In this document: positions 12,820 through 24,885 of the stretch, one piece after another
How the letters are laid out: every line of letters starts with the position of its first letter
Numbering within the stretch: the first letter of the stretch is position 1
Assembly (NCBI GenBank): GCA_964016885.1
Contig: OZ024741.1
Coordinates: forward strand, 294,438,001 to 294,502,000
Direction: 5' to 3'
Length of the DNA: 64,000 bases
DNA from: Eledone cirrhosa
Taxonomy: Eukaryota
The notes under the pieces: generated by a model
Seen by the model: only the letters and a program-made list of their open reading frames with translations
Databases searched by the model: none
What the model was told of the DNA's origin: nothing
Made by a program: the position numbers and the translations under genes

Positions 12820-13065
12820 TGTGTTTAACCTCTCTAGGAGGTGTAGCTGTACTCACCACATTTGGCCAATTGCCAGTTGCTGAGGCTATTTAACCCATAG
12901 TTGGAGTGGGTGGCTGTTAATGCTGTGGATCCCATTTGCCCTTTGACAGCTCTTCCTCCTTGTCAGACCAGGGTCTGGTGGGGGAGCCGGTTTAGTCGCC
13001 AACCATCCGACCATGAAACAGGTTATACTGGGATATATGGTATCAGTAGCAGGCAGAGACTTGAC
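12820..13065 (-). mobile_element. 5' leader fragment of a second RTE-like family
   Basis: Homologous to 23905-24172 and 26380-26487 (TACTGG..CCAGTA..CATGGTCGG..GCGACTAAACCGGC). Confidence 0.55.
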
Positions 13066-13364
13066 ATAGTGTGTATGTATATATATATATATAGAGAGAG
13101 AGACATATATACACACATATACTTCCATGCTTCCCAACATTCGCCAACACTGCATCTGATATTACCCCTCCATTCACATGCATGTGTATGTGTGTGTGTG
13201 TGTGTATGTATCATGACTCATACACTGTTCACTTCCTGACTTTTGTACATTATGTACAATGCAACAATGCATTCTATGTACAATGCAACACTTTTGACGA
13301 GTTGTAGTGCACCTGAGCACTGTACACAATCATTTTAATTATCATATATGCAAAGAAATAAACA

Positions 13365-13586
13365 GGAATAACAAAGCAATCAACACATTGCAATGAAGAA
13401 ATATATTAGTTTAATGCTTGATGAAGTAGGAAAAGAGTCTTTACATTTTCAAACAGTAGTCCTTCATCAGAAGATAGAATGAGAAATATAAGATGAACTA
13501 GAAAGATAGAGTGAGAACAGGAAGGAGAGGAAAAAATTATTTTTTTGAGAAAAAAACATGTGCATATTCAGTTAGCCATTTGAGAT
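13365..13586 (-). mobile_element. Hammerhead-bearing short repeat family H1 (about 220 bp)
   Basis: Minus strand reads TCTT-CTGATGA-AGGAC-TACT-GTTT-GAAA. Homologues at 22563, 34545, 38975, 48183, 54405/55839 and 62045. Confidence 0.75.
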
Positions 13587-13694
13587 ATATACACGTGTAT
13601 GTATGTGTGTGTGTATATATATGTATATATATATATACATATATGTACACATATATATATACATATATATATACACACACATATACATGTATAG

Positions 13695-14447
13695 CATGCA
13701 TGCTCCATTGGATGTGTAATAGTAATATACATGAACGGCAAAGCATAAATGAACTAAGTGAGAAATTAGGAATAAGAGGGATCAGATGCTGTTTACTTGA
13801 GAGAAGACTACGTTGGTATAGCCACGTGATGCGCATGAAAGATGACAGCTGTATAAAAAAGTGCAGGGCGATCAAAATTGATGGTAGTTACAGAGTAGGT
13901 AGACACAGAAAAACCTGGGGTGATTTGATAAATTCTGACCTTACACACTTACACCTCTCTAAGACAATGTTACTGGACCGAGATCTTTGGCGCTATGCAG
14001 TAATACAGAAGACCTACCTTGCCTATGTACAAAGCGAAACCTACAGTCAGTAGGCACCTCTTAACCAAATATACACCATGATCCACTACCCTACCCTATC
14101 CTCCCACTCCCACCAACACCACCCTCTCTCTATAAAGTTGGTACCACAACATCCAGTCCAAATAAATGAGATAATGAGATCGAGATTGTGTAGGTGTCAC
14201 AACAAAAAAACACACAGACCACACTATAATGTGGCCGTCTAGGTAACACGGTAAAAAGTTCCCAGTTCCACACTGTAAATGTGGTTGGTGTTAGGAAGGG
14301 CACCCAGCCATAGAAAACCTGCCAGATAGTCCTATATGAGCAAGACACAGTCACCCGACCAACCTTACCTTAAGTGGGACAACTCCCATCTAACCCATGC
14401 TAGCGTGGAAGATGGACGTTAAACGAAAATGATGATGATGATGATGA
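13695..14447 (+). mobile_element. 5'-truncated RTE LINE
   Basis: WMCNSNI...RLRWYSHV...KTWGDLI followed by the RTE 3' UTR and (GAT)n. Confidence 0.9.
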
Positions 14448-14623
14448 TACACTGTTGTACAAATTTGGTATAAATATCCAAAGATAAGAGCATTCAGTTC
14501 ATAGAACAGGTTAAATTTAATTAGTTACAACAGTGACATGTATTTAAGTTTCATTAGGTTATATACCCCAACTCATTCTGCCATATTTATAAACAAAACA
14601 GTTTGTTTATATAACAGGCTGAA

Positions 14624-14831
14624 TTATTATAAATTTCCAGTTGGTTGGTTCAATAAGCGGATGATTGTTTATATATTGTCCAAGCTCTTTCGTCACACAT
14701 TCTGGGACATCCTCAGTGACTGATTTCTTAGTTTGTGTCTGAGGAGGTCTCACAGTGTGTGACAAAAGAGCTTTGACAATATATAAACAACCATTTGGTT
14801 ATTGAACCAGCCAATTGGAAATTTATAATAA
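14624..14831. repeat. Imperfect palindrome (arms about 95 bp) with a hammerhead-like motif in each arm
   Basis: The arms are reverse-complementary. The combined consensus is GTCA-CTGAGGA-nGTC..GAC-GAAA-GAGC-TT-TGAC. Confidence 0.7.
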
Positions 14832-15309
14832 ATCAAAGTGAAAACCAACGGGTCCGTGTGTTTTTATTGGCAGCATGGCCCTCCCAAAGTATAACAATAT
14901 CTGTTTCAACACACATTTTCAGATAAGAAATATTGCAAAACAAATTCAAAAATGAAGTATAATATATATATATATATATCTACATGCAAGCATACCAATT
15001 TATATATGCACATACATATATTTTGATTAATTTGAAAATGAACCATACCAAAATACCAAAGTGTTGTTAGTGTAAACCATTCTCTAAATATCACTTCCAC
15101 AGAGATGATAATCTGGTTAGATTTCAAGAATTTCAATTCGATTATCTCACTAACTGCTTAATTTGAGGAGACAATTGAATTTAGGTGAGGTGAATAGTTA
15201 CAAGTCTATTGTTTTATAGCACACACACATGTGTGCATATAATGAATAAAATATGTAGTAGTTTATACAAATATATATATATACACACGCACTTATACAT
15301 ATATATCAC

Positions 15310-16125
15310 CATTATCGTCGATTTTATGTCCACTCTTCCATGGTTACTTGGGTTGAATGGGTCTTTTTCAGCACAGCATCACACTTTGCTCACAGGCATC
15401 ATACTGTCATTCTTTTGTACATAGGGAGAAACCTTTTGTTGTCAACAGATTGAGTAGTTCCCTAAACTTCTTCCATACTATCCTTATTCTAGCTAGTATA
15501 CCCTTGGAGCACCCTCATCTACTGCTTATTAGATCAGAAGCTATCAACCAGTTCTATGGATCTTTCCTTTGATTAGTAAAGGTTTATATCACTAACACTC
15601 TTACTATCAATTATTCCTGTACATCTTCTACATATGAAGTGTTCCCTTCTTGTTAGTCTACCTGCTATCACACTACATCTCTGGTATACCTAATATTTCC
15701 ATTGTGTACATTGTATAGAGTAATCCTACATTGTGTACAGCATATAGACTACTTTTTTTCTGTGTATTGAACAGGGCCACTTCTCTGATGTGGTCAGGGC
15801 CCTCTCTTCTTTCCTACTTATTAACAATTTACTTTTTTCTAAATTTACTCACAGCCCTTTTGATTGTAAATTCTGTTTTCACTGTTGGAACTTATTCTCA
15901 ATTCTTCTACAGTTCAGCTATAAGATCCAGATCACCCCATAACAAAGTTCCCTTTGAACTCTTTTGTTATGACTTAAAGAATTAAAATGAATAAAAGTAG
16001 GCTGAGGACTGAACCAAAACTCCTACACGTATCTTGAATTCCTCACTTAACTCACTTCCTACTCTCTCTTTACTAACAGCTCCTCTGTACATGACTTGCA
16101 CTGCTCTCATAAGCCATTCTTCTCA
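15310..16125 (-). mobile_element. Old, degraded RTE LINE RT fragment with 3' tail
   Basis: Colinear similarity to 9300-10090 (GSVLSLLLF, ELCYGDLDLIAE, ARIRIVWKKFRELL and TKGFSL relics). Confidence 0.7.
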
Positions 16126-16539
16126 AATTAATGAGAGGTTGTAATTAATTAGAGCCCACCAGCTTTTGCTTTGTATGCAAATGAGCTACATTAGCTGATG
16201 CTCACAAGCGTAAATACTATAAGCTTTAAGCTTATGTTTGTCTTAGCATCTAAGCAGAGTTAACCGCTCAAATGAGGCTTAATGAACCAGAAACAGCTGA
16301 TATGGTGCTCTTCCTTGGTTGCTAAAGACAAGTGGTGAAATTCACCACTTCTAAAATTCATTGCAAGGCTGTAAAAATGTTTATTTACATGAAAAAGAGA
16401 ACAAGTGCTTGGTTTGTGCAAATGATCCTGAAGAGTGGGAGAAGTATCACTGGGAAATCATCATGGGATGTGGGAGGGCATGGTTCATAAGATTTTTGGG
16501 TATATAGAGGCACTGCTGATAAATGATGGATGGAATAAA

Positions 16540-16733
16540 TGACTTCATGAATCATTTCATTTGTTATTTGGGTGCAATCCATTTCAATCACATTTCACCA
16601 GGTACCACTTACAAAATTCAATTCTTCGGTCAATATCATCTTCATTGAGGGCAAGAAGTAGTGCTGGAATGTATATATAAACATTGCTTTTATTATCATT
16701 CAAACTATGTATAAATATTTTGGGGTCACCCTG
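16540..16733 (-). mobile_element. Tc1/mariner-like DNA transposon relic (terminal inverted repeat plus transposase fragment)
   Basis: Minus-strand end CAGGGTGACCCCAAAAT followed by LNEDDIDRRIEFCKWY, a motif typical of Tc1/mariner transposases. Confidence 0.65.
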
Positions 16734-16965
16734 TGTATATACATATATATATTCTGGAATCAGTTGATGAAATGGCAAGAGCTCAGCCATCAGGCCCCAA
16801 CGCTTTCTAATATATATATATATATATTATCCTGATTCTTTTTGAATTGAGTTTGAATTATTTTTCCCACATCTTACGTTAACTATTTTCCCATTTTGAC
16901 GCTATAGTCACTTATATATTATGGAATACTGTTAGCTTCTTGCCTCAATAATTTCTATACTTTTC

Positions 16966-17006
<41 letters not shown>

Positions 17007-17787
17007 ATATTTTGGGGCATGTAAGGTGCACAGGCAAATAAGCCACACCTCAATTTTGGTAGGCCTAATCTGCAAAAAAAACAAAACAAATTGCAGCTAG
17101 CTCCAACTCTAGCTGAACTTCTCCCATTGTCCAGCCCTTTTCCAAGTACATTTTTCTGCATAGGAATTGAAGTGGTAATTTATATCAAGGAAGTATTCCA
17201 TGTATGTATTGTGTTAATTGATAAATAATGTTAACGATCAGACAGATATCCACAGCATTTGTATATTGTGCCAAAACTTACCTGCATTTATTTTATGTTT
17301 TGGCAATACAGATTGTTATCCTCTCGTGTAAACTAGGAATAGAACCAGGACTGGACTTTCACCTGCTGGGGGCCCTAAGCTGTATAACATTAGAGGCTCT
17401 TCTCTAAAAGTATTTGGGTAAAAAAATTAAAGATTAAATAATTATACGCGATTATTATTTTTTTTAATATTAATGATAATTATAAAAAATAGATAAATAA
17501 ACAATACAGTTTTTAATAAGAAGTGTTGAAATTAATGCATGCAAGATTTCACAGCTGTAGCATCAATCCATCAAAGACTTATTAATTCTTGTAAAAGGTT
17601 CCAGCTAACCCTCATACATATATATATACACATGTTAGTAACATCCCATATATGTTTGGAATTTACTTCCACTAATAACATACCTGCAAACTATCTAGAA
17701 GTTAAGATAGCCTGGCTGTGTGCATCTCTCTCTCCTCAAACTGTCCCCATAGCAGGATTAGGACACAGCAATGCATATATATTCCCA

Positions 17788-17879
<92 letters not shown>

Positions 17880-17886
<7 letters not shown>

Positions 17887-18216
17887 TTAGTGGTTAGAGC
17901 ATTGGCCTTGCAATCGAAAGGTTGTGAGTTCAATTCTCAGACCGGGTGATGTGTTGTTTCCTTGAGCAAGGCACTTTATTTCACATTGCTCCAGTTTACT
18001 CAGCTGTAGAAATGAGATGATAGGGACTGGGGTCCATATCATTCCACTGCAAAGTGGCCGTGGAGGTGCCACGGCAAAAAAGCACCCAGCACTCACTGTA
18101 AATGAGGTTGGTGTTAGGAAGGGCATCCAGCTGTAGAAATCAAGCCAGAATCAGTTCCTGTCCCACCCTTGCAAGCAGGGAAAAGCGGACGTAAAATGAA
18201 ATGAAATGATGATGAT
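17880..18216 (+). mobile_element. tRNA-derived SINE family B with RTE-derived 3' tail
   Basis: TGGCTTAGTGGTTAGAGC A box, GAGTTCAATTC B box, CCTTGAGCAAGGCACTT CORE/Meta-like segment and a tail matching the RTE 3' UTR. Confidence 0.85.
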
Positions 18217-19595
18217 ATATATATATATAGGAACGAGTAGGACCCCGACGGCTGAGCTCAAGCCGTTTCGACGGCTAATTCTATATATATATATATATAT
18301 ATCCCCCAGTCCACACTGTAAAGTGGTCGTGTAAGTCTCACAGGAAAAAGCACCCAGTTCACACTATAAATGCGGTTGGCACTAGGAAGGGCATCTAGCC
18401 ATAGAATCCAAGCCCAAATGAGCATGACATGGTCATCTCACCTCGCTTGTCTTGCAACAAGACAATTCGTCTAACCCATGCTAGCATGGAAAATGAATGC
18501 TAAAAGGTGATGATGATATGTGTGTGTATCCATGTATGTATGAATGGATGTGTGAGTGTGTGTTTGTGTGTGTGTGTACACTGTATATACATAGACACAC
18601 GCAAACACACACCCTTAAAAACACATATTTTATCTAGGAAACATTTGGAAATTTTATGAAATAATAACTAGACGTTGCTCAGAGTTGCCTCCCTTGCACT
18701 TCTTTTTTCCGTCAGTTTCTTCTTCCTCCATTTCCTCTCTCTCTCTCTCTCTTTCTCATGCAATTCCAGAGACATTTTCTAACATGTGTGTCTGTGTGTC
18801 CGTGTGTTGGAGTGGACATCGTGTTTTTAGGTAATACGTGATTACAGTGTGGAGTCGGATCACCTTCAGACGACCTTGCCACTGGCTAGAGAGAGAGAGA
18901 GAGAGAGAGTGATTCTGTCAAGAAATTCAACCAACCTTTTACAAGAAATAATAAGATGGTCATTTACATTTCATCATCATCATCATTATCATTTAACGTC
19001 TGTTTTCCTTGATAGCAGGAGTTGGACAGGTCACCACAGACCAATTCAGTACTTAATCAGAGCTATTGACCTCTAAGTCAGGATGGGGGGAAGGGAACAC
19101 ATATTACATACATACCTTCCTCTTACCCTGTCCACACTCTACAGATATGTTTAAAGAATTTTCGTTGTTGGTTTTCGTAATATCCATTTTCGGCCGGCTG
19201 GGTGTGGTCAGGTGGCGGATTTGAAATGGGGGATGATTGTTTTTGTTCTTTATTTTTTGGTTCTGTACATTTTTATTTTTTTTATTTTTTTGTGTGTTGA
19301 GGAATGTTTTTTTCATTCCTTTGTTTTATTTTTTTATTTTTTCTCAAACTACTAAGTTACAATACAAAGAAGCAGTATCTATTTATCTATTTAATCAATT
19401 TAAACATTTAATCAATTCTGTATTGAACTAGTAAGCCATGACAAATTAGAGGAAGTGTTTAGTACTTCTTACAGTTCAGAAACAAAAAAAACAAGATATA
19501 CAGGGATAAGTGAATAAGAAAATTAAAATTTTAAATAAAATAAAATAAAATATATAAAAATGTAAACAGACACGCACATTCACACATATTATATG

Positions 19596-19627
<32 letters not shown>

Positions 19628-19690
19628 CGTGTGTGTATAATATCATTATCATCATCGTTTAACGTCCATCTTCCACGCTAGTATGGGTTG

Positions 19691-19757
<67 letters not shown>

Positions 19758-19888
19758 ATAATGTATATATATATATATAGGGAATGTAATGTCCAGTTAC
19801 TGTAGGTTCACCCGAGTGAGCACTCGATGCGCAGTTTTTAGTCTGTAAAGAGGTTTAAAACTAAGCAGAGTGTAATTTAATAATAAAA

Positions 19889-20136
19889 GGACGATTTGTT
19901 GTCTTCATTACGTTTATTGAGTAGTGACGCGTGTTTCGCTATGGATCTGCTCAAGGTTCGATCTGTATTGATCTAGATCAACTCTGAAATCAAGAGCTCG
20001 TCAGACCACAGCTGAGGTCCGACAAGCTTTTGATACCAGAGTCGGGCCAGAATGATACAGATCTAAATTTGAGCAGATCAATAGCTAAATGCGTGTCACT
20101 ACTCAATAAAGATAATGAAGACATAACAAATCATCC
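19889..20136. repeat. Imperfect palindrome (arms about 120 bp)
   Basis: Reverse-complementary arms centred near 20010. Confidence 0.85.
19921..20009 (-). ncRNA. Type I hammerhead ribozyme motif with extended stem II
   Basis: Minus strand reads GTGGT-CTGACGA-GCT...(about 55 nt)...AGC-GAAAC-ACGC-GTC-ACTAC. Canonical GUC cleavage triplet and 5-bp stem I. Confidence 0.75.
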
Positions 20137-20253
20137 GAGTTCAAATCCCGCCAACGTTAACTTTACCTTTCATCCTTACGGGGTTGATAAAATAAAGAAC
20201 CAGTAATGCACTAGGATAATTACTGGCTTTGTGCCTGAAGTAGAAACAATTAT
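20137..20253 (+). mobile_element. SINE family A, 5'-truncated
   Basis: Starts at the B box GAGTTCAAATCCC. Confidence 0.8.
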
Positions 20254-20454
20254 TATATGTATATATATATATAGTAGTAATAGGTAGGTAAATATTATCC
20301 AAGATATAGAGCAACCCAAGTCCATACGATGAGTTTGAAAATAATTATTAAGGCCAGTTACTACAATGATACCATACCAGGTATGTGTGTCTTATTAGCC
20401 CTGCAGACCAACTATTTTAACCTGTGTTAATGAAAATGAACAGTCATATATATA

Positions 20455-20505
<51 letters not shown>

Positions 20506-20611
20506 GTATATATATATTAAGGGTAAAATATGTATATATATATATATGTATGCCCTTAAAAACAGCGGTTTTACAGAAAAAAATTCTTATTTACCTACTC
20601 CCCCCCCCCCA

Positions 20612-21318
20612 CCTAAGACTAACCACAATAACAGGAAAAGGAAGATTATTTGGTTCACACCCCCTTCTCTCTAACTGTCAAAACTAATGTAGGAAGGAAA
20701 TTCCTTGAACTATTAGACAAACATTTTCCTCCTAATCATAGATATTATAAGATATTTAATAGGAACGTAGTTAAGATCAGCTACTCTTGTCGCCCATCTA
20801 TGAAGTCCAAAATCACCAGTTTAAACCGTACGAGAATAAATCCAGGATGCAGTTGCAGGAAGCCGGATGAATGCCCTTTGCAGGGTAAATGTAACACCAA
20901 ATCTGTCGTTTATGAGGCTAAGATAACACCGGTAATCAACAACCAGCCAGCCAGGAGTGAGCGACATGTCGGTATGACCCAGGACAGGTTTAAAACCAGA
21001 TTTTACTCACATGTCGCTTCTTTTAAGCACTCCGATAAACGAACATCAACGGCCCCCGCAAGTAAGGTGTGGGAACTCAAGGATAGTAACATCCCGTACT
21101 CTATTGATTGGTCTATATTAGACCATTCGAGGGAGTACCAAAGGGGCACAAAGAATTGTTCTTTGTGTACCACAGAAAAGTATAGGATTTTGCTAAACTT
21201 GAGAGCCACTTCCGCTTGCCTTAACTCAAAGACTGAGATCTTCAGATGCTGTCCTCATCTGAAATCGCATCTGATCTGTAACTGGATTGACACTCCTATG
21301 ATAAATCAACCGCCTTGA
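20612..21318 (+). mobile_element. 5'-truncated Penelope-like element, GIY-YIG endonuclease C-terminus
   Basis: RKIIWFTPP/FSLTVKTNVG...KISYSC...CSC..ECPLQGKC..VVYEA...VGMT..FKTRFYSH...CSLCTTEK. One frameshift near 20660. Confidence 0.88.
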
Positions 21319-22123
21319 ACTCCTTCTCTGCTCTTTACTTCTGCTACGGTTTTTATTTTGCGGATTCTACGTTCTGTACTCTTGTGTATGGCTATCGAAT
21401 TGATCAGTGGTCAAAGATATGTGGCCATGACCCTCTTAAACATTTTATGACACCAACATAGCTAAAACTGACTCTGGTTCTATGTAATATAACCACACAA
21501 TTTAAAGGATTTATTTTCAAATTATAGTGTTTCAAATATACTTTTATATAAGAATTATGTGTTAAGTTATTCTTGTAATGAAATGATTAAAGATTTTAGT
21601 GAATCCCTCAAAGTTCTTCATCAATTAATTGACATAGTGTGTATTTCATGAGACATAGTCATAAAAGAATCAACAGATATGTATGACTAATGTAGCCATT
21701 CCTTTCCATTATGATATAAAGGAGATTTAGCTGCCATTTCTAGCATGAAAAGGCAAGTTCTACTGAAGGGATTAGAAGGACCCAATGTTTCAGGATTGAT
21801 CCAGCAAACTCAGACTTTGAATCTCAGACCAGCCGAGTTTCTTTCTTTTTGTATATTTGTAAAAGCTCGGCCAAGTTTACAGTCACATCAGAACAAGGTA
21901 CAGCGTGGCCAATCCTTGCCAAACATGTCTCTCAACGTGGACAACCCATTTAACCCATGATGATGATGATGATATCTAGGTCTAAATTGTCCAAAGTGTG
22001 TACCTTACTATTGATAATTTTGGTGTGATGTCATAAAAAGTATCAGACCATACAAAACATAACTGGCTGAAGATTTTCATCCAACCCATGCAAAGTTGGA
22101 AAAGCAGATGTAAAACACTTATA

Positions 22124-22310
22124 ATAATTGTTTCTACTTTTGGCACAAGGCCAGTAATTACTCAGTACATTACTGGTACTTTATTTTATCGACCCTGTAA
22201 GGATGAAATGTAAAGTTAACCTCGGCGGGATTTGAACTCAGTCCGTAAAGGGACGTAACTGTGCTGCAAAGCATGGCGTCCGACCCTCTACTGATACTGC
22301 CAATCCACCT
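22124..22310 (-). mobile_element. SINE family A copy
   Basis: Nearly identical to 2446-2632. Confidence 0.85.
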
Positions 22311-22347
22311 CCCTAACACTTATAATTATGATAATGATATATGTGTA

Positions 22348-22529
22348 TAATAAAGAGTCGGAACCTGACAGCTGAACTCTTGCCTTTTCAACAGATAGAA
22401 CTAGCTGTTAAAATGCCAAGAGCTCAGCCATCAGATCCCAACTCTTTATAATATAACCATACTCTACTACCCCATGTATCAAGTACTCTGCTGAGTAATG
22501 GTCTAACTAGTTTTAAACTGGTTCTATCT

Positions 22530-22535
<6 letters not shown>
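22348..22535 (+). mobile_element. Fold-back repeat family P2 copy
   Basis: Inverted arms over 22348-22452, then the CTCTACTACC..AGTACTCTG..ATGGTCTAACT body. Confidence 0.6.
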
Positions 22536-22562
<27 letters not shown>

Positions 22563-22563
<1 letters not shown>

Positions 22564-22800
22564 TAAAAGTAAACAGAAATAGCAAAACCAATGTCACAGT
22601 ACAATGAAGAAATATATTAATTTAATGCTTGATATAGTAGAAAAAAGGTCTTACTGTTTTGGACACTAGTCCTTCATCAAAAGATAGAATGAGAAATAAA
22701 AGATGAAATAGAAAGATAGAGAGTGAGAAGAGGAAGGAACAGAACACATTTTTTTTTAGAAGATAACACGTGTGTATTCAGTCAACCATTTTAGCTGTAT
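22563..22800 (-). mobile_element. Hammerhead-bearing repeat H1 copy (mutated core)
   Basis: GGACACTAGTCCTTCATCAAAAGA on the plus strand; flanks match 13365-13586. Confidence 0.7.
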
Positions 22801-23381
22801 ATAAATATATTATATTATATTAAACATATAAATAGTAGTGAAGTAAAAAACAATGTAATATAAATTGACAATATTTGCCTGGAATGACAATCATATATAT
22901 ATATATATATGTGTGTGTGTATATATATGTGTGTGTGTGCATGTGTGTTCACATACATATCTATGTATATAGATATGTAGATAAGCATATATGTATGGAT
23001 ACAATAGTAACTAAGGAGAAAGTAGTCTAGTAAATAAAATTACTGGAACATCTTCCCTACTTAAAGCAATATCAAAAAAGATAAAATATACCTTCATTGT
23101 ATGAAGAAGGCTTTTAGTGGAAAACATAAAAAGAGGGTGGAATCAGAAAAGGATATATCATTTTATCTTACACACACTTATATGTGAGTGTGTTTCTGCC
23201 TCTGTGTGTGTCTGTCTTTCTCTGTATGCTTGTGTGTATGTCTACATGTATGTGTCTGTCGGTCTGTCTGTATGTGTTTATGGAATATATATATGTCTGT
23301 GTGTATGAGTGTGTGGTTTTGCTGTATGGCTGTTCCTAGAAGAGAAAATGGATGTTAAATGATGATATATATCACCATCAT

Positions 23382-23597
23382 TTAACCCTTTAGTATTTAA
23401 ACCGGCTGTATTTTGCCAGAATTCTCTCTCTTCTTTCTTTTCAAATAGGCCATAACCGGCCACTCATACTTATTTTATGGTATTGTTCTCAAAATAAATA
23501 ATATAAAAATCTCATGGATTCGATACTATATGAGATAAAGCCTTTACCATCAAAATACAATAGTAAATATAGAGCAATGTAAATGCTAAAGGGTTAA
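23382..23597. mobile_element. piggyBac-like MITE with TTAA target duplication
   Basis: TTAA-CCCTTTAG...CTAAAGGG-TTAA. It interrupts an RTE-type tail at a TTAA. A related copy lies at about 7889-8160. Confidence 0.8.
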
Positions 23598-24610
23598 TGC
23601 CCATTTTCTCTGCTAGCAAGGGTTGAATATTTCGTCACAGACTATCTCAGCTACTCGCCTCTTAGGTCGGCTAGGTAGCCTGCATCTTGCTTACATATGT
23701 TCCAGCACTATACAGAGTGTATTTTATCATAGCACTAGCACAAGAAAGGTTGATGTCTTTGACACAGCTGGAGATTCCTCTTGACCATTTGTTTTTTGAG
23801 GTTTTATACAGCTGGATACACACACACACATATCTCTCTATTCAATACCTTCTCACTTCTGTTGGAGGAACCCCTCCATTGCTTTCTATTTGGTTTTTGT
23901 TGTATCTTCAGGAGTGTAGTCATACTCACCACGCTTGGCCAATTGCTGGTTGGTGAGACTATTTAACTTATAGTTGGTGTGGATGGCCTTAAGTTCTGAG
24001 GAGTTCATCCACCCTTTTGTACAGCTCTTGTTATTTGTGCTGCTGGGGTTCCACTTACCCTCCTCACTAGACCAGGCTTTGGTGGGGGAGCCAGTTTAGT
24101 CACTGACTATATGACCATAAAGCAGGTTGTACAGGGTTACATGGTACCAGTATTAGGCAGGCACCTGACCTGATCATACACACACACACTCACACAGATA
24201 CACACATACATGCACACACACTTGTATACACACACACACATAAACATATATTTATATATATGTATATACATATATAATATATATATATATATAATAGCTT
24301 TGGCTTTATTATATAGAAACTACGTAACATGACAGCTGCAGCTTGATAACAGCTGTCTTTCCCATTAGGTGGCAATTGTAGTGTGGTTATGTAATCCGAG
24401 TTTGAGAGAATGGGTGGTCTGCATTTGATTTGCTGAATTCGGAGGGTGAGTGATGTATGGCATGAGTCATGGGTACAGATTAGCATTTGGTTTAGAGTGT
24501 TTGTCGAGGGTAATTAGACTGATTGGAGCAATAACTGTCTTATTTACTTATATATATATATATATATTAATTCAAATATTAACAAAATAGATATTCTTGT
24601 GATCAATTAA

Positions 24611-24675
24611 ATTTTATTATACATATTTCAGAGGTACTGAATTAAGTTCAACAGTATGTCCTCATCAGATAAAAT
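24611..24675 (-). ncRNA. Type I hammerhead motif (left arm of palindrome)
   Basis: Reverse complement of 24821-24885 with one stem II change. Confidence 0.72.
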
Positions 24676-24820
24676 AAAATGATACATGACATACCCTGAC
24701 ATGGTAGATGGTTAAGATTTAATCAAGGTAGTGGTTAAGATTTAATCAAGGTAGTGGTTAATCACTACTTTGATTAAATCTTAACTATCTACCATGTCAG
24801 GATATGTCATGTATCATTTT

Positions 24821-24885
24821 ATTTTATCTGATGAGGACGTACTGTTGAACTTAATTCAGTACCTCTGAAATATGTATAATAAAAT
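24821..24885 (+). ncRNA. Type I hammerhead motif (right arm of palindrome)
   Basis: ATTTTAT-CTGATGA-GGACGTACTG...CAGTACCTCT-GAAA-TATGTA-TA-ATAAAAT. Confidence 0.77.

Noticed and set aside
17880-17950. tRNA gene
   Set aside because: It has A and B boxes, but no convincing acceptor stem and it continues into a SINE body.
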